Below, piece by piece: positions 1 through 9,578 of a stretch of DNA of 24,091 nucleotides (positions are counted from its first letter, which is position 1; every line of letters begins with the position of its first letter). Source of the stretch: Bdellovibrionota bacterium FG-1 (lineage in GTDB: Bacteria > Bdellovibrionota > UBA1018); contig JBBCAW010000035.1 of assembly GCA_051382295.1 (NCBI GenBank), positions 1 through 24,091 on the forward strand, in the 5' to 3' direction. The notes under the pieces were generated by a model. It saw only the letters and a program-made list of their open reading frames with translations. It did not search any database and was not told the origin of the DNA. Position numbers and translations under genes: made by a program.

Positions 1-140
1 GTATCATTTCGAACTTTACTGGGACTTGGAACTCTCCGGCCTGGATTAACCTATCGAGAAGTCTACAGCGTTGCGCGCAGCGCGAAATCTTCAAAAACAT
101 CAATTAAGTGACAACCGGATAAGCAGGGAAACTTCCGAGC

Positions 141-1043
141 GTGTACATCAAGTATCTGGAGTATTGCTCCAAGACAAAAGGGCTCTCGGAATACACCCTG
201 CGCATCCGACGAAAGTGGCTGATCCAGTTCCTGGCAATGTTTCCAGGAAAGTGGCACCCCTCGTCGGTTGGACGACTCTCCGTTAAACAGGTCCACGACT
301 ACATGATTCGGGCCGCGAGTAAGCTCCCGGTTGGGGAGAAGAGACATTTGACCTCGAGCCTGAGGGATTTCTTCCGATTTGTCTTCCTGATGGGCTACCA
401 CCAGGAAGATCTCTCGAAGTTCGTCCCTAAAATCAGGATGGCCGAGCTCGCTCATTATCCCAAGGGATTGCCGTGGAACGTGATCAATGAGCTTTTGAAC
501 TCTCCTGACAGGCGAACCCTTCAGGGGAAAAGGGACTACGCGATCTTGCTGCTTTTGAGCCGATATGGCGTCAGACCGCGTCAGGTGATCTACCTCAAGA
601 TGTCCGATATCGACTGGAAGCGCCGGACAATCCTTTTTCGGGCCATCAAGGGAGGAAAGGATGTTCTTGTCCCTCTTCACAAAGACGTAGCGAGAGCATT
701 CCTCAGTTACTTCAGGGCGGGGAGAATGACGGCAAGTCCGGCGCTTCAGGAAGTTTTTCTGACCCTGTGCAAGGGCCGGGAACACGAAGGGCCGTTCACT
801 ACCAGCTTCTATTGGATGTTTGACCGCTATCTCGAAAAAATTCCCTATTCCGGCCCTCAGTGGCGCGGCGGCCCCTCTGCCATTCGACATTCGGTCGCTA
901 GCAAACTTCTTTCGGAGAAAAACTCCATCAAGTCGATTGCTGACCTTCTTGGGCATCGCTCCGTGGAGACGACCTTCATCTATACGAAGGTGGACCTTGA
1001 AAGGCTCTCCGAGCTGACCTTTGAATGGCCGGAGGTTGCTTGA
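141..1043 (+). CDS. Tyrosine recombinase, RitA-like; 5' end uncertain
   Basis: RDYAILLLLSRYGVR, AIRHSVA and LLGH...TTFIY motifs. In-frame stops lie upstream of 141. Confidence 0.85.
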   Translation: MYIKYLEYCSKTKGLSEYTLRIRRKWLIQFLAMFPGKWHPSSVGRLSVKQVHDYMIRAASKLPVGEKRHLTSSLRDFFRFVFLMGYHQEDLSKFVPKIRMAELAHYPKGLPWNVINELLNSPDRRTLQGKRDYAILLLLSRYGVRPRQVIYLKMSDIDWKRRTILFRAIKGGKDVLVPLHKDVARAFLSYFRAGRMTASPALQEVFLTLCKGREHEGPFTTSFYWMFDRYLEKIPYSGPQWRGGPSAIRHSVASKLLSEKNSIKSIADLLGHRSVETTFIYTKVDLERLSELTFEWPEVA

Positions 1044-1044
1044 G

Positions 1045-1998
1045 ATGAAGTCCTTACCGAATCGTTCACTAACAAGACTCATAAATGAACACCTTTCGCT
1101 CCGCCGATCTGTCGGTTTGGAGTCCGAGAAAAATGAATTTTATCTCCGTAAATTTTGCCGATTTTTGAGATGCAAGCAGTGCAGCTATATCCGTAGAGAA
1201 ACCATTGTCGCGTTTCTTGATGGGTACCGGGACATCAGCCTGAGAGGGCAGGAAGCGATTCTCAGTTGTCTGAAACCGTTTTGCGAGTTCTTGATTGCGA
1301 GAGGCTTCACCAGCTACGTCCCGGAAAAATCCCTTTATCCTAAACGTCCGCGCACCTCTCGCTTTTATCGGTTCAAAGAGGAAGAGGTGCTGAAGCTGAT
1401 CGCGATGGCGAAACACGGTGGCTGGCAGAGCACCATTCTTCCATCCACCTATTCCACGATCATAGCCCTTCTCTGGTGTACCGGGCTCAGGCGCATGGAA
1501 GTCTGTAATCTGACCCATGAGGATATCGACCTGGAGCGGCACACGCTCTTTATTAGGGAGACCAAGTTTCACAAGACCAGAATCATTCCCGTAAGCCGAT
1601 CGACCGCCAGGGCTCTGATGGACTACGTCGACCGAAAGCGCAAATTTGGATTTGAAACGCTTCCCTCGTCTCCTTTCTTCGTCAATGCGATGGGTAGAAA
1701 AGTGGAGAAAAGGGCGCTGACTGCCCGATTCGAGATCATAGCTCAAAGATGCCATTTGCTCCCCCAAAACGGGCGCTCACCCAGGCTGCATGATCTGCGG
1801 CATGGATTCGCAACCCGAAGCCTCGAACGATTCTACGAAAAGCGAATGCCGGCCCAAGCATACTTGCCGGTTCTATCGACGTACCTCGGACACGCGAAGG
1901 TGTCTGGTACTGGGTACTACTTGCATCCAAATTTTGACCTCCTCCTAAAAGCGTCGGAGCTTTTTGAGACCTTTTCCATGAAGGGTGATCGAAAATGA
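1045..1998 (+). CDS. Tyrosine recombinase, RitB-like
   Basis: TGLRRME, ETKFHKTR, RLHDLRHGFA and LSTYLGH...TGYYL motifs. ATG at 1045 follows GGAGG at 1031-1035. Confidence 0.9.
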   Translation: MKSLPNRSLTRLINEHLSLRRSVGLESEKNEFYLRKFCRFLRCKQCSYIRRETIVAFLDGYRDISLRGQEAILSCLKPFCEFLIARGFTSYVPEKSLYPKRPRTSRFYRFKEEEVLKLIAMAKHGGWQSTILPSTYSTIIALLWCTGLRRMEVCNLTHEDIDLERHTLFIRETKFHKTRIIPVSRSTARALMDYVDRKRKFGFETLPSSPFFVNAMGRKVEKRALTARFEIIAQRCHLLPQNGRSPRLHDLRHGFATRSLERFYEKRMPAQAYLPVLSTYLGHAKVSGTGYYLHPNFDLLLKASELFETFSMKGDRK

Positions 1999-3008
1999 AA
2001 AACGATAAACTTTTTCAGCATGTCCAGTCGTTCTTCCAAAGCCATCTCCAGCATGAAAAAGGATTGAGTCCGAACACGATCAGTTCCTACCGAGACGTCA
2101 TCAAACTTTTTTTCCTCTACCTGGCTAAGGGGCGAGAGGCGGGAGTGAAGCACATCACGTTTGACGAGTTTACCGCAGAGAACGTCACAAAGTTCTTGGA
2201 CTTTCTTGAAAAGGAGCGAGGAAGCAGCGTCAGAACGCGAAATCAGCGTCTTGCAGTAATCAAGTCCTTCTTCTCCTACCTGATGGCTCAAGATGTGAGC
2301 AGAGTCGGTCAATACGAACGGATTACGAGGATCGCGATGAAGAGAACCTCGCATAAACCGATGACGTATCTTACCGAGGAAGAAATCGAAGCCCTTCTGA
2401 AGCTCAACGCGGGGCCGGACCCAACCAAAGTGCGAGACTACGCGTTGCTTGCAACCCTGTACAATACCGGCGCCCGCGTCCAGGAAATCTGCGATTTGAA
2501 AGTTGAGCATCTGCATCTACAAAAGCCTTTCTCGATTACGTTGACCGGAAAAGGCAGAAAGACCCGAGTCATTCCACTTTGGAAGAACACTGTCGAATCG
2601 CTTATCCGCTACATCAATCAAAGGGGGATTCAAGATTCGCCCGGCTCCAACCTCTTCGTGAATGCCAACAACAACCCCATTACTCGCTTCGGAGTTAGGC
2701 ACATTGTTCGGACATGGATCGAAAAGGCTTCCGATACATGCCCGTCGCTTCGTAAAAAGAGGATCGGACCCCACACCTTCCGGCACACCACAGCTATGCA
2801 CTTGCTTCAGTCCGGAGTTGACCTCGCCGTGATTCAAACTTGGCTCGACCATCTTCATATCGATACGACTCATGCCTACATCGAAATCGACATGAAAATG
2901 AAAGAGCAGGCTCTGCAAAAACACAGGAAGGATCTCAAACCCCATAACTTCCAATCCCTCCTGAGTGCCAATCAGGACGTACTGAAATGGCTGGAGAATT
3001 TAAGATGA
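1995..3008 (+). CDS. Tyrosine recombinase, RitC-like
   Basis: GLSPNTISSYRD N-terminal domain, LYNTGARVQE, GKGRKTR, HTFRHT and WLDH...TTHAY motifs. ATGA overlap with the previous gene. Confidence 0.9.
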   Translation: MKNDKLFQHVQSFFQSHLQHEKGLSPNTISSYRDVIKLFFLYLAKGREAGVKHITFDEFTAENVTKFLDFLEKERGSSVRTRNQRLAVIKSFFSYLMAQDVSRVGQYERITRIAMKRTSHKPMTYLTEEEIEALLKLNAGPDPTKVRDYALLATLYNTGARVQEICDLKVEHLHLQKPFSITLTGKGRKTRVIPLWKNTVESLIRYINQRGIQDSPGSNLFVNANNNPITRFGVRHIVRTWIEKASDTCPSLRKKRIGPHTFRHTTAMHLLQSGVDLAVIQTWLDHLHIDTTHAYIEIDMKMKEQALQKHRKDLKPHNFQSLLSANQDVLKWLENLR

Positions 3009-3073
3009 TACCGATGACAAATAATGTGCAGAGGCGACCCCAAAAACCCTACCAATTCGGGGCTAAAGAGGAT

Positions 3074-4426
3074 TTATTTAACATTATTTTCACACCACAT
3101 AGCATCCGCGCAGTCATTCATCCGTTGCGCGTGAGATCGCGCTGCATAGCCAGCGCTTTCGTTCTCTAACCGCTGCCGGGTGGAGTCGTCCTGCGCGGCA
3201 AGGCCCTCCTCGGCGATGTATTTCATCACTTCGCCCATCGGCCGGGCCTGCTCCTGGCGAAGCTGGAGGGTCATCTCCACCTGGTCCTTGAGCCCCTGGC
3301 GCTTGGATTCGATCTCCTGCCTGCGGTTGGGCGGAAGGTTTGGATTCTGGCCAGCCACCGTGAGGACGTCGATGGAGCGGTTCATGTCGCGGGTGAATCC
3401 CTGCATCGCCATTGCCTGCGCGAGCTTTAGGCAAATACGATCACGCCGTATTGGTGGCAAAAACGCCAGATTGCGAACCACATCGGGGGTGAGCATGGGC
3501 GCCTCGGCCTCCGTGCCGGTGGACGGAAGTGCTTTCATCCGGCGCGCAATCTCGGCATCGGTCACGTAGTCGCGGCCGCTTGCGATCGCGGGTAGGAGCT
3601 TGCCGCAGAACTCGGCTGAAATCTGGTTTTCGAGCGAGAGCAGATACGAGCGCGGTGAATACGCATTGGCGCGCGGCCCGTACTCGACCCGCACATTGCC
3701 TTGCGCCAAGACGGTATCGCCCACCAGGGATTGCAGGAGCCCCGTCACGCGTTCGCCTTCGGCGCCCTGGAACCCTGCCCAGTGAGCCGAGTCAGCGAGC
3801 AGACGATTGGGTTTATTTGGATCGTTAGACCCACCCGCCCAATTTCCCGCCTTGGCCTCGAAAACCCCATTCTGACATTGTGAAAGGGCCGACTCCATGT
3901 CGCCGCCATTTCGTTGGATTGAGCGCTGCACGCAGGATTGGCGTTCGCGGTAGTAGTCTTCCACGCGCGAGTCGGTGTACTTGTCGATGATCTGACACTG
4001 ATTGAGTCGAACTTGAGTGAGGAGATTGGCGGAAACCTGCGTGTGCTTGAGGATCGCGCACCAGGTCGGCGACATATAGCAGGCCGCGAGCATGGGCGCG
4101 CTGCCAAGAATGTCTTGGGCCATACCCTTGAAGTAGTCGCCGCTCAGAAACTTGCCAAACGTCGAGCGAAACGTCCCCTCAATGTTGATCTTTCCGCAGT
4201 CGGAGCCCACCGCGAGGTTCACGCCGAGATCCACGGGCGTGAGCGTCTCGAAAAGATCGTTGCGGCGCTCGGGATTGGGCGCGAAAAGGTAATCCTGGGG
4301 CTTGAGCCGCGCGGATTGGTGAAAATCGGATCCAAATCCGAAGCCATCTGCTCGGACATCTCCGGTCAGCCACAAGAGCAACATCGTGACTGCCACCGCG
4401 AAAGGCCAAAGCCATTTTTTAATCAT
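3074..4426 (-). CDS. Exported Cys-rich conjugal transfer protein, TraH-like
   Basis: N-terminal signal peptide. SDCGKINIEGTF and AACYMSPTWCAIL resemble the TraH CGGID and CPxC segments. C-terminal coiled coil; ATGA-coupled to traC. Confidence 0.6.
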   Translation of the reverse strand: MIKKWLWPFAVAVTMLLLWLTGDVRADGFGFGSDFHQSARLKPQDYLFAPNPERRNDLFETLTPVDLGVNLAVGSDCGKINIEGTFRSTFGKFLSGDYFKGMAQDILGSAPMLAACYMSPTWCAILKHTQVSANLLTQVRLNQCQIIDKYTDSRVEDYYRERQSCVQRSIQRNGGDMESALSQCQNGVFEAKAGNWAGGSNDPNKPNRLLADSAHWAGFQGAEGERVTGLLQSLVGDTVLAQGNVRVEYGPRANAYSPRSYLLSLENQISAEFCGKLLPAIASGRDYVTDAEIARRMKALPSTGTEAEAPMLTPDVVRNLAFLPPIRRDRICLKLAQAMAMQGFTRDMNRSIDVLTVAGQNPNLPPNRRQEIESKRQGLKDQVEMTLQLRQEQARPMGEVMKYIAEEGLAAQDDSTRQRLENESAGYAARSHAQRMNDCADAMWCENNVK

Positions 4427-7029
4427 GACCTTCCCCCTGCTTCTGGCGGCTCTTTGGTACCAAGCGGATAACGTGCGACGAGATCTTCGAGCGCACGGCC
4501 TGGCTCACCCGGAAACTGCGCCAACGTCTTCTGGGCCTCCAGGGCATCTGGCATGTGGGTTGGCATCAGCCAAAGCTCATGTCCCGAGGGGATATTGCGA
4601 AACGCCCCCGAGACCGCCTTGCTCTTGTGGAGGTAAAACAGGTCGGCATGGCTCCCGCGCACAGTGCGCAAGCTCTTAACGATCTGAGTTGATGCTTCAT
4701 CGAGGAGGTTTGAGTTCTTGGCGATGAAATCGACGTTATCTTCCTTCATCGCGAGAAACAGAAAGTGATCGGCCACCGACCACATCGCCTGGCCGGCCGA
4801 CAGGTCAAAATAGTTGCGCGGGTTAGGTGTGAGTCCGATCAGGAAAAAGCCGAGCTTGCGGAAGGTCTCGGCGGCGTCGATGACAAAGTCCTTCGCGACC
4901 GGGTTGTTCCGCCCGAGCATTCCCAGCTCCTCAATCACAATATAGCCGCCACGGGTGCGGGCCTCGTCGGTTTTGATACGTCGGCGGATCTCGTCGACCA
5001 CGCTCATCGTAACGAGAGTCTGGAGAATCGGATCAGCGGCCAGGCCATCCAAATCGAAGACGTGGAGGTCCGCCCGCGCGCGGCTTGCCTTTGCCTCAGT
5101 CTGGCGAAAAAAAGACGCGTAGATGCCATCCCCATAAAATGGGCGCAGTTTTTTTGTGATCTCTTCGACGAATTGCCCGTATTTTTCGTATTCGGGATCT
5201 CCGGTCAGGCCGCCGTGCTGAGCGATCACGTCATCGAGCATGACAGTTGCCACGTCGTCTTGCGCGCCATCGACCAGCTTGCCGTCGTGGTAGGTCACCC
5301 CGGCTGATTGGCTTCTTGATTCATAGGCGCGGCGGAGCGCTTGCGTAAGGCAGGTGCGGTGTTCAGAATCAAGTTGAAATTGTGCGGAGCTGAGCTGCAT
5401 CGCGCTCGTGAGAAGCTGCACGAGAAAACGCAACTTGTCTTCGTCCAGCTCACCGCGAAAAGGCGAGAACGGCATGGGTTTGCCCTGCTCAAAAGTCGTA
5501 AGCTCCGATGGGAGATACTGCGAGAGCATTCCATAGCTTGTCTTGTAGTCGATCACGAAGATCAGTGGCCGAGGCTCGCGCCGGAGCTCGCCGAGAAGGA
5601 TCTTGATGATCTGCCCTGACTTGCCGGAGCCGGTATCGCCGAGAACCGCGACGTGATGGGAATTGCCGACGGATTTGAGGCGAAATGGCACCAATCCATT
5701 TTCTCGCGAGCTAAAAATCGAGCCCGGATCGCTGCTGGTTCCGCGAAATGTGTCGAATACGGGACAAAACTGTACGACATCAGACGCCAAGATGCGGATG
5801 GACCGCTTGGTGGTCCAGTCAGCCATCGGATGATAATTCAGTGGAAGCGCGTTTAGCCAAAGTCCCAGGCCAATCTCGCTTTCGACGATCGCTTCGCATT
5901 CCAAACGCTGTTGGAAACGCGCCAGGCATTCTTTGGTCTGGCGGTCGAGGGATTCGTCATCGGTTCCTTCGAGGAGCACGCAAAATGTCATCTGAATCAC
6001 GCGATCATCGCGCACAAGTTTTTCTTGCAGCTCATCGACCTCGGCTTTTTGGCGCCGCGAGCGAGCCGATGGCGTGTTTTGAAGGAAGAACTCTTTGACG
6101 CCGAAATGCCGCTTGATGGCGGCTGATGATGGGAACGACACGTTCACAGAGATGCGGAACGGAAAATCGAGGCCGAGGAAGTAGGCCATCGCACCGGGAT
6201 AGGCAAATGACGGCGCGTTTTTGAGCGTGATTGTTCGGGTGCGGACACCTTCGCGCTCAATGCCGGGGTAATCCAGGGTGCTGGAGCAATAGATAACCTG
6301 CTCCGAGAGAGGAAGATTGGGGTTCACCTTGGCGAATGGGCGGCGGTAATAGGTAACAGGGTTGAAGGTGCGGCGCAGGACGTCGGCCAGGTCTTCACCT
6401 GTGAGGCGCTGCAAGCGCAGCGGAGAATTCAGCTCGAACTGCGAAAGCGAGTGATTGAAAGCGCGTAGCTGCCGCAAGAACGATTCCACTTCATTGGAGA
6501 GGGTCCGATCTGGGTTTGCCAGCTCTCCTGCGATTTTCTGAAACCGAAGCGTGCGCGAGTCCCGTTTGGGGAAATTTCGCACGGACAGCAGCAACCTTCT
6601 ACGCAAGGGCTCTTGCTTTCGCTGCCGCTCGACGTTCGCCAGATGAAGCTGCGCCGGGATGTCGCCGCGGTGCTGGTCCTCGGGCGAAACCCAATGATCC
6701 CAGGCGGAATCGTAGGGAGACAGGCGCGCCTGATCAAAAAGTAGCGACAAGACCAGATCGTCTCCGATCCGAAACCAGCTCTTTAGATTCCCAAGAAGGC
6801 TCACGATCTCCTGAGCGGTTTTGGTCTCGTGCTCACAGAGCGCCACCTCGTAAACCGCGCCGAGGCTCCCATCTTTCTGACGAAAGAGGCCAAACTGCGG
6901 CAGGTATTCGTCATAGGGCAGATATCGGCTGAGACTCTCGGATCGCTTGAAAAGCGCCTGAGCAAAGGTTTCCTGTGATGCAAGTGCCGCCTTGAGGACA
7001 TCGGGTAAGTCGGGAAGGTTTGGTTTCAT
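4423..7029 (-). CDS. traC: VirB4/TraC-family T4SS ATPase
   Basis: 868 aa. YLPYDEY N-terminus, Walker A GDTGSGKS, IFVIDYKTSY, Walker B variant YIVIEE, ETFRKLG. Lies directly after traB-traV. Confidence 0.88.
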   Translation of the reverse strand: MKPNLPDLPDVLKAALASQETFAQALFKRSESLSRYLPYDEYLPQFGLFRQKDGSLGAVYEVALCEHETKTAQEIVSLLGNLKSWFRIGDDLVLSLLFDQARLSPYDSAWDHWVSPEDQHRGDIPAQLHLANVERQRKQEPLRRRLLLSVRNFPKRDSRTLRFQKIAGELANPDRTLSNEVESFLRQLRAFNHSLSQFELNSPLRLQRLTGEDLADVLRRTFNPVTYYRRPFAKVNPNLPLSEQVIYCSSTLDYPGIEREGVRTRTITLKNAPSFAYPGAMAYFLGLDFPFRISVNVSFPSSAAIKRHFGVKEFFLQNTPSARSRRQKAEVDELQEKLVRDDRVIQMTFCVLLEGTDDESLDRQTKECLARFQQRLECEAIVESEIGLGLWLNALPLNYHPMADWTTKRSIRILASDVVQFCPVFDTFRGTSSDPGSIFSSRENGLVPFRLKSVGNSHHVAVLGDTGSGKSGQIIKILLGELRREPRPLIFVIDYKTSYGMLSQYLPSELTTFEQGKPMPFSPFRGELDEDKLRFLVQLLTSAMQLSSAQFQLDSEHRTCLTQALRRAYESRSQSAGVTYHDGKLVDGAQDDVATVMLDDVIAQHGGLTGDPEYEKYGQFVEEITKKLRPFYGDGIYASFFRQTEAKASRARADLHVFDLDGLAADPILQTLVTMSVVDEIRRRIKTDEARTRGGYIVIEELGMLGRNNPVAKDFVIDAAETFRKLGFFLIGLTPNPRNYFDLSAGQAMWSVADHFLFLAMKEDNVDFIAKNSNLLDEASTQIVKSLRTVRGSHADLFYLHKSKAVSGAFRNIPSGHELWLMPTHMPDALEAQKTLAQFPGEPGRALEDLVARYPLGTKEPPEAGGRS

Positions 7030-7436
7030 TGGACGTTCCTTGGTTTGCCCTTTGCGCGCCGCTTGGACGGGTGAATTGCGCGTACCGCAGCGGGCGTGTC
7101 GGAATCGTCATCGGGCTTCTCGAAGGTCCACTCGTCGGCGGCGACAACTAGAGAAACGTAGCCTCCCCAGAAATAATCCCTGGTTGGGAGTTCATGCGGG
7201 TAGAGGTAAACTTTCGCGATCCGAGGCGAGGAACGACGCACCAATGAATCTGGGTTGTGGCGCGCGCGCTGATAGAGCGCCACCTCTTCGTCCTCCGCGT
7301 CGGCGCTGTAAGCAGCTCGGCTGTCGAGCATTCGCAGCGACGGAGCCCGATTCTGGCATCCCGCCATTGAAAAAGCTAAGGCGAGGAAAATGACGTTAGT
7401 CCACGAGTTTTGTGAAATGCGAATAGACTGAAGCAT
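7026..7436 (-). CDS. traV: TraV-like lipoprotein
   Basis: Lipobox MAGC and a TraV-like core RSSPRIAKVYLYPHE...GGYVSLVV...W. ATG at 7436 with AGGAGG upstream. Confidence 0.75.
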   Translation of the reverse strand: MLQSIRISQNSWTNVIFLALAFSMAGCQNRAPSLRMLDSRAAYSADAEDEEVALYQRARHNPDSLVRRSSPRIAKVYLYPHELPTRDYFWGGYVSLVVAADEWTFEKPDDDSDTPAAVRAIHPSKRRAKGKPRNVQ

Positions 7437-8760
7437 GAATTGCGCCTCCTGATTCGTTTTGAGCAAAATAGTCACGCGGCAGGTCCACCTGGTCCTGCAT
7501 CACGATCCAGACGTCCTGGCCGGACCCCACATTGATCGTCGGTAATAAATTCTGCGCTTGTTTGAGATACCACTGCGTCACCATCGTTGCGGCTTCACTG
7601 GCACCACCGGCGCCGATGTATTTTGCCTGATCGCCAGTGAGAACCGATTGGCTGCCACCAAGCGGAGTGGTCTGCTGCGTGGTCTGGGCTTGTTGGATCG
7701 CCTTTCCAATCCCGGAGACGACGCCAGCCAGAAACGCGGTAGCGGCAACGCGATCCTGTTTGGTGTTGACAGAGCCCATCACCGCAAACGAGTTGTCCGC
7801 GTCGTCGGCGATGAAGCCGTTGACCTCGCGCTCAAACATGCCGCCGCTCTTTGATACGCACGAGAGTTTGGTCGCCTGCATTTGCACGCGCTCGGTCGAC
7901 AAGTCGCCCTGAGCCTTGGCGATGATAAAGCAGCCCGCCAGATCGAGGCGTTTGTGGTTGGGGATGACATATGCAAAGTCGAGTTGCATGAGCACCGGGT
8001 AGGATTTCCCCTCGGGGGCCTCGACGCCGGTCAGGAGCTTGGCCCTCACATAGCTTCCGCTCGGAAGGACGATGCCGGGCTCGTGCAGAAAGACTCGCCC
8101 TGTGGTCTTGACCGGAAAGGAGATCGTCGGCGAGCCTGGCTTCATTGAACGTGGCCGGTCGATGACATCCATCCCAAATCGTGGGCGGGAGGGTCCGGCC
8201 TGTGAAGTGTGGGTCGTGTCCGAATTGGCGGCAGGCTTTTTCACTCCACTTATTTGGGTGCCGCCGTAGTCTTCAGCGGGATTGCTCATCTGAACCTGCG
8301 TCATGGCCTTCGCTGGATCGCCACTCGGAGTTGGTGCGGGTGGACCGTAGGTTGCGCTGGTATCGGCAGCGATGGGCACGCCTGACGGCCCGGCCGCTGG
8401 TGCGTGATTTTGGTTCACGAGTTGGAGTTCCGCGTGCAGCTTTTCGACCTCGGTTTTAAGCTCCTTTTGACCGGCGATGAGATCGCGCTGGGTTTGGGAG
8501 AACTGTTGTTCCTCGCCCTTGAGGATTGTCTTGCCGGGATTTCCGAGGATGCTCGCATTCTTGAAGTCAGGAATTCCCTCGCGCTGAAAAATGGTTTTGT
8601 GCTCGTCGGGGCTGTTCGCAGCAGTGAGCAGAACCACGGTGAGCCCCGCCGCACCGCCGATCCAGAGACCGGGCTTTTTGCGTATCGTTTCGACGAGATT
8701 GCGTTCGGTCATTCGGGCAATTGAGCGTTTCATTACACTTAGGGCACATTGAAGTTTCAT
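7396..8760 (-). CDS. traB: TraB/VirB10-like core complex protein
   Basis: N-terminal TM, coiled coil and Pro-rich linker, then LPSGSYVRAKLLTGVEAP and GCFIIAKAQGDLSTERV typical of F-type TraB. Confidence 0.88.
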   Translation of the reverse strand: MKLQCALSVMKRSIARMTERNLVETIRKKPGLWIGGAAGLTVVLLTAANSPDEHKTIFQREGIPDFKNASILGNPGKTILKGEEQQFSQTQRDLIAGQKELKTEVEKLHAELQLVNQNHAPAAGPSGVPIAADTSATYGPPAPTPSGDPAKAMTQVQMSNPAEDYGGTQISGVKKPAANSDTTHTSQAGPSRPRFGMDVIDRPRSMKPGSPTISFPVKTTGRVFLHEPGIVLPSGSYVRAKLLTGVEAPEGKSYPVLMQLDFAYVIPNHKRLDLAGCFIIAKAQGDLSTERVQMQATKLSCVSKSGGMFEREVNGFIADDADNSFAVMGSVNTKQDRVAATAFLAGVVSGIGKAIQQAQTTQQTTPLGGSQSVLTGDQAKYIGAGGASEAATMVTQWYLKQAQNLLPTINVGSGQDVWIVMQDQVDLPRDYFAQNESGGAIHASVYSHFTKLVD

Positions 8761-9578
8761 TTGGAATCACCTCCCTTGGATTCGTTTTTTCCTTCGCCTC
8801 GGATTGCCACTGGCAGAATGATCCGCTGGGACGATGCTCCGGGCTTGGCGACGATTCGAAGCACGGTTTGCCTTTCTTCGGCAGTCTTGCCGCCGATCTG
8901 GAATTGGTCGACCCCGGCCAGAACCGCGAGATTGGGCTGGCCGATTGAAAGGCCCTTGAGGTCGATCTCGAAAGCGTGATCCGAGCTATCGGTTTTGAGG
9001 ATATAGACGTATCCGTTGACGTCCTTGCCAGAGTAGACCTTGACGAGCGTGGCCGATAGGTGTGGCGAACCCACTCCGATAGCTTGTGAACGATGACTCA
9101 GGTCAAAGCCTGCGACATTTTCGCTGCGGATCATCGCACGCATGAGATCCAGCTCAGAGATGACCATCGGATCGTGTTTTTCTGCCAGGTTCGGATTGGC
9201 GGCCGCGAGGTCATCCTTCGGCTTGAAGTCGTAGATCGAGTCTTTTCTGAGATTGGGGCGGTTCGCAATGACAAGCTGAGTTCGGATTACGCTTCCATTC
9301 GACAGGATGAATGTCACGTCCGCAGCGCCCTCACTCATGCGCGGTTTCACGGCAAGAACGCTGTAGTCGGGCTCGTCAGAGTTGGAAGGTCGGATCTCAA
9401 AGCGACTCGCCTCGGTGACGGTCTTCACTTCCATCGGAAAGCGGAATAACGATTCCACGCCGAAGGCTACCGGGATAGTCTCGCGGGCCTTTCCATACAC
9501 AACAAGGCGCGCACTGGCAGTTTCAGGAAGTCCCAAAAATAGAATCAGCAGACTTGAAAAAATAATGGCGCGTTTCAT
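8757..9578 (-). CDS. traK: TraK-like exported core protein
   Basis: Signal peptide, beta-rich N-terminal domain, ELDLMRAMI segment. Lies between traE and traB with ATGA overlaps. Confidence 0.65.
   Translation of the reverse strand: MKRAIIFSSLLILFLGLPETASARLVVYGKARETIPVAFGVESLFRFPMEVKTVTEASRFEIRPSNSDEPDYSVLAVKPRMSEGAADVTFILSNGSVIRTQLVIANRPNLRKDSIYDFKPKDDLAAANPNLAEKHDPMVISELDLMRAMIRSENVAGFDLSHRSQAIGVGSPHLSATLVKVYSGKDVNGYVYILKTDSSDHAFEIDLKGLSIGQPNLAVLAGVDQFQIGGKTAEERQTVLRIVAKPGASSQRIILPVAIRGEGKNESKGGDSK

Larger units (their letters stand above)
1..3103 (+). mobile_element. RIT element (recombinases in trio), left end outside window
   Basis: Three adjacent co-oriented tyrosine recombinase genes with tight junctions (1-nt gap, then ATGA overlap). 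Short TAATGT-type repeats follow at 3019-3102. The right boundary is inferred. Confidence 0.8.

Noticed and set aside
63..2954. Long minus-strand ORFs 63-1082, 1069-1767, 1917-2516 and 2517-2954
   Set aside because: They are antisense shadows of the recombinase genes with no recognisable motifs.
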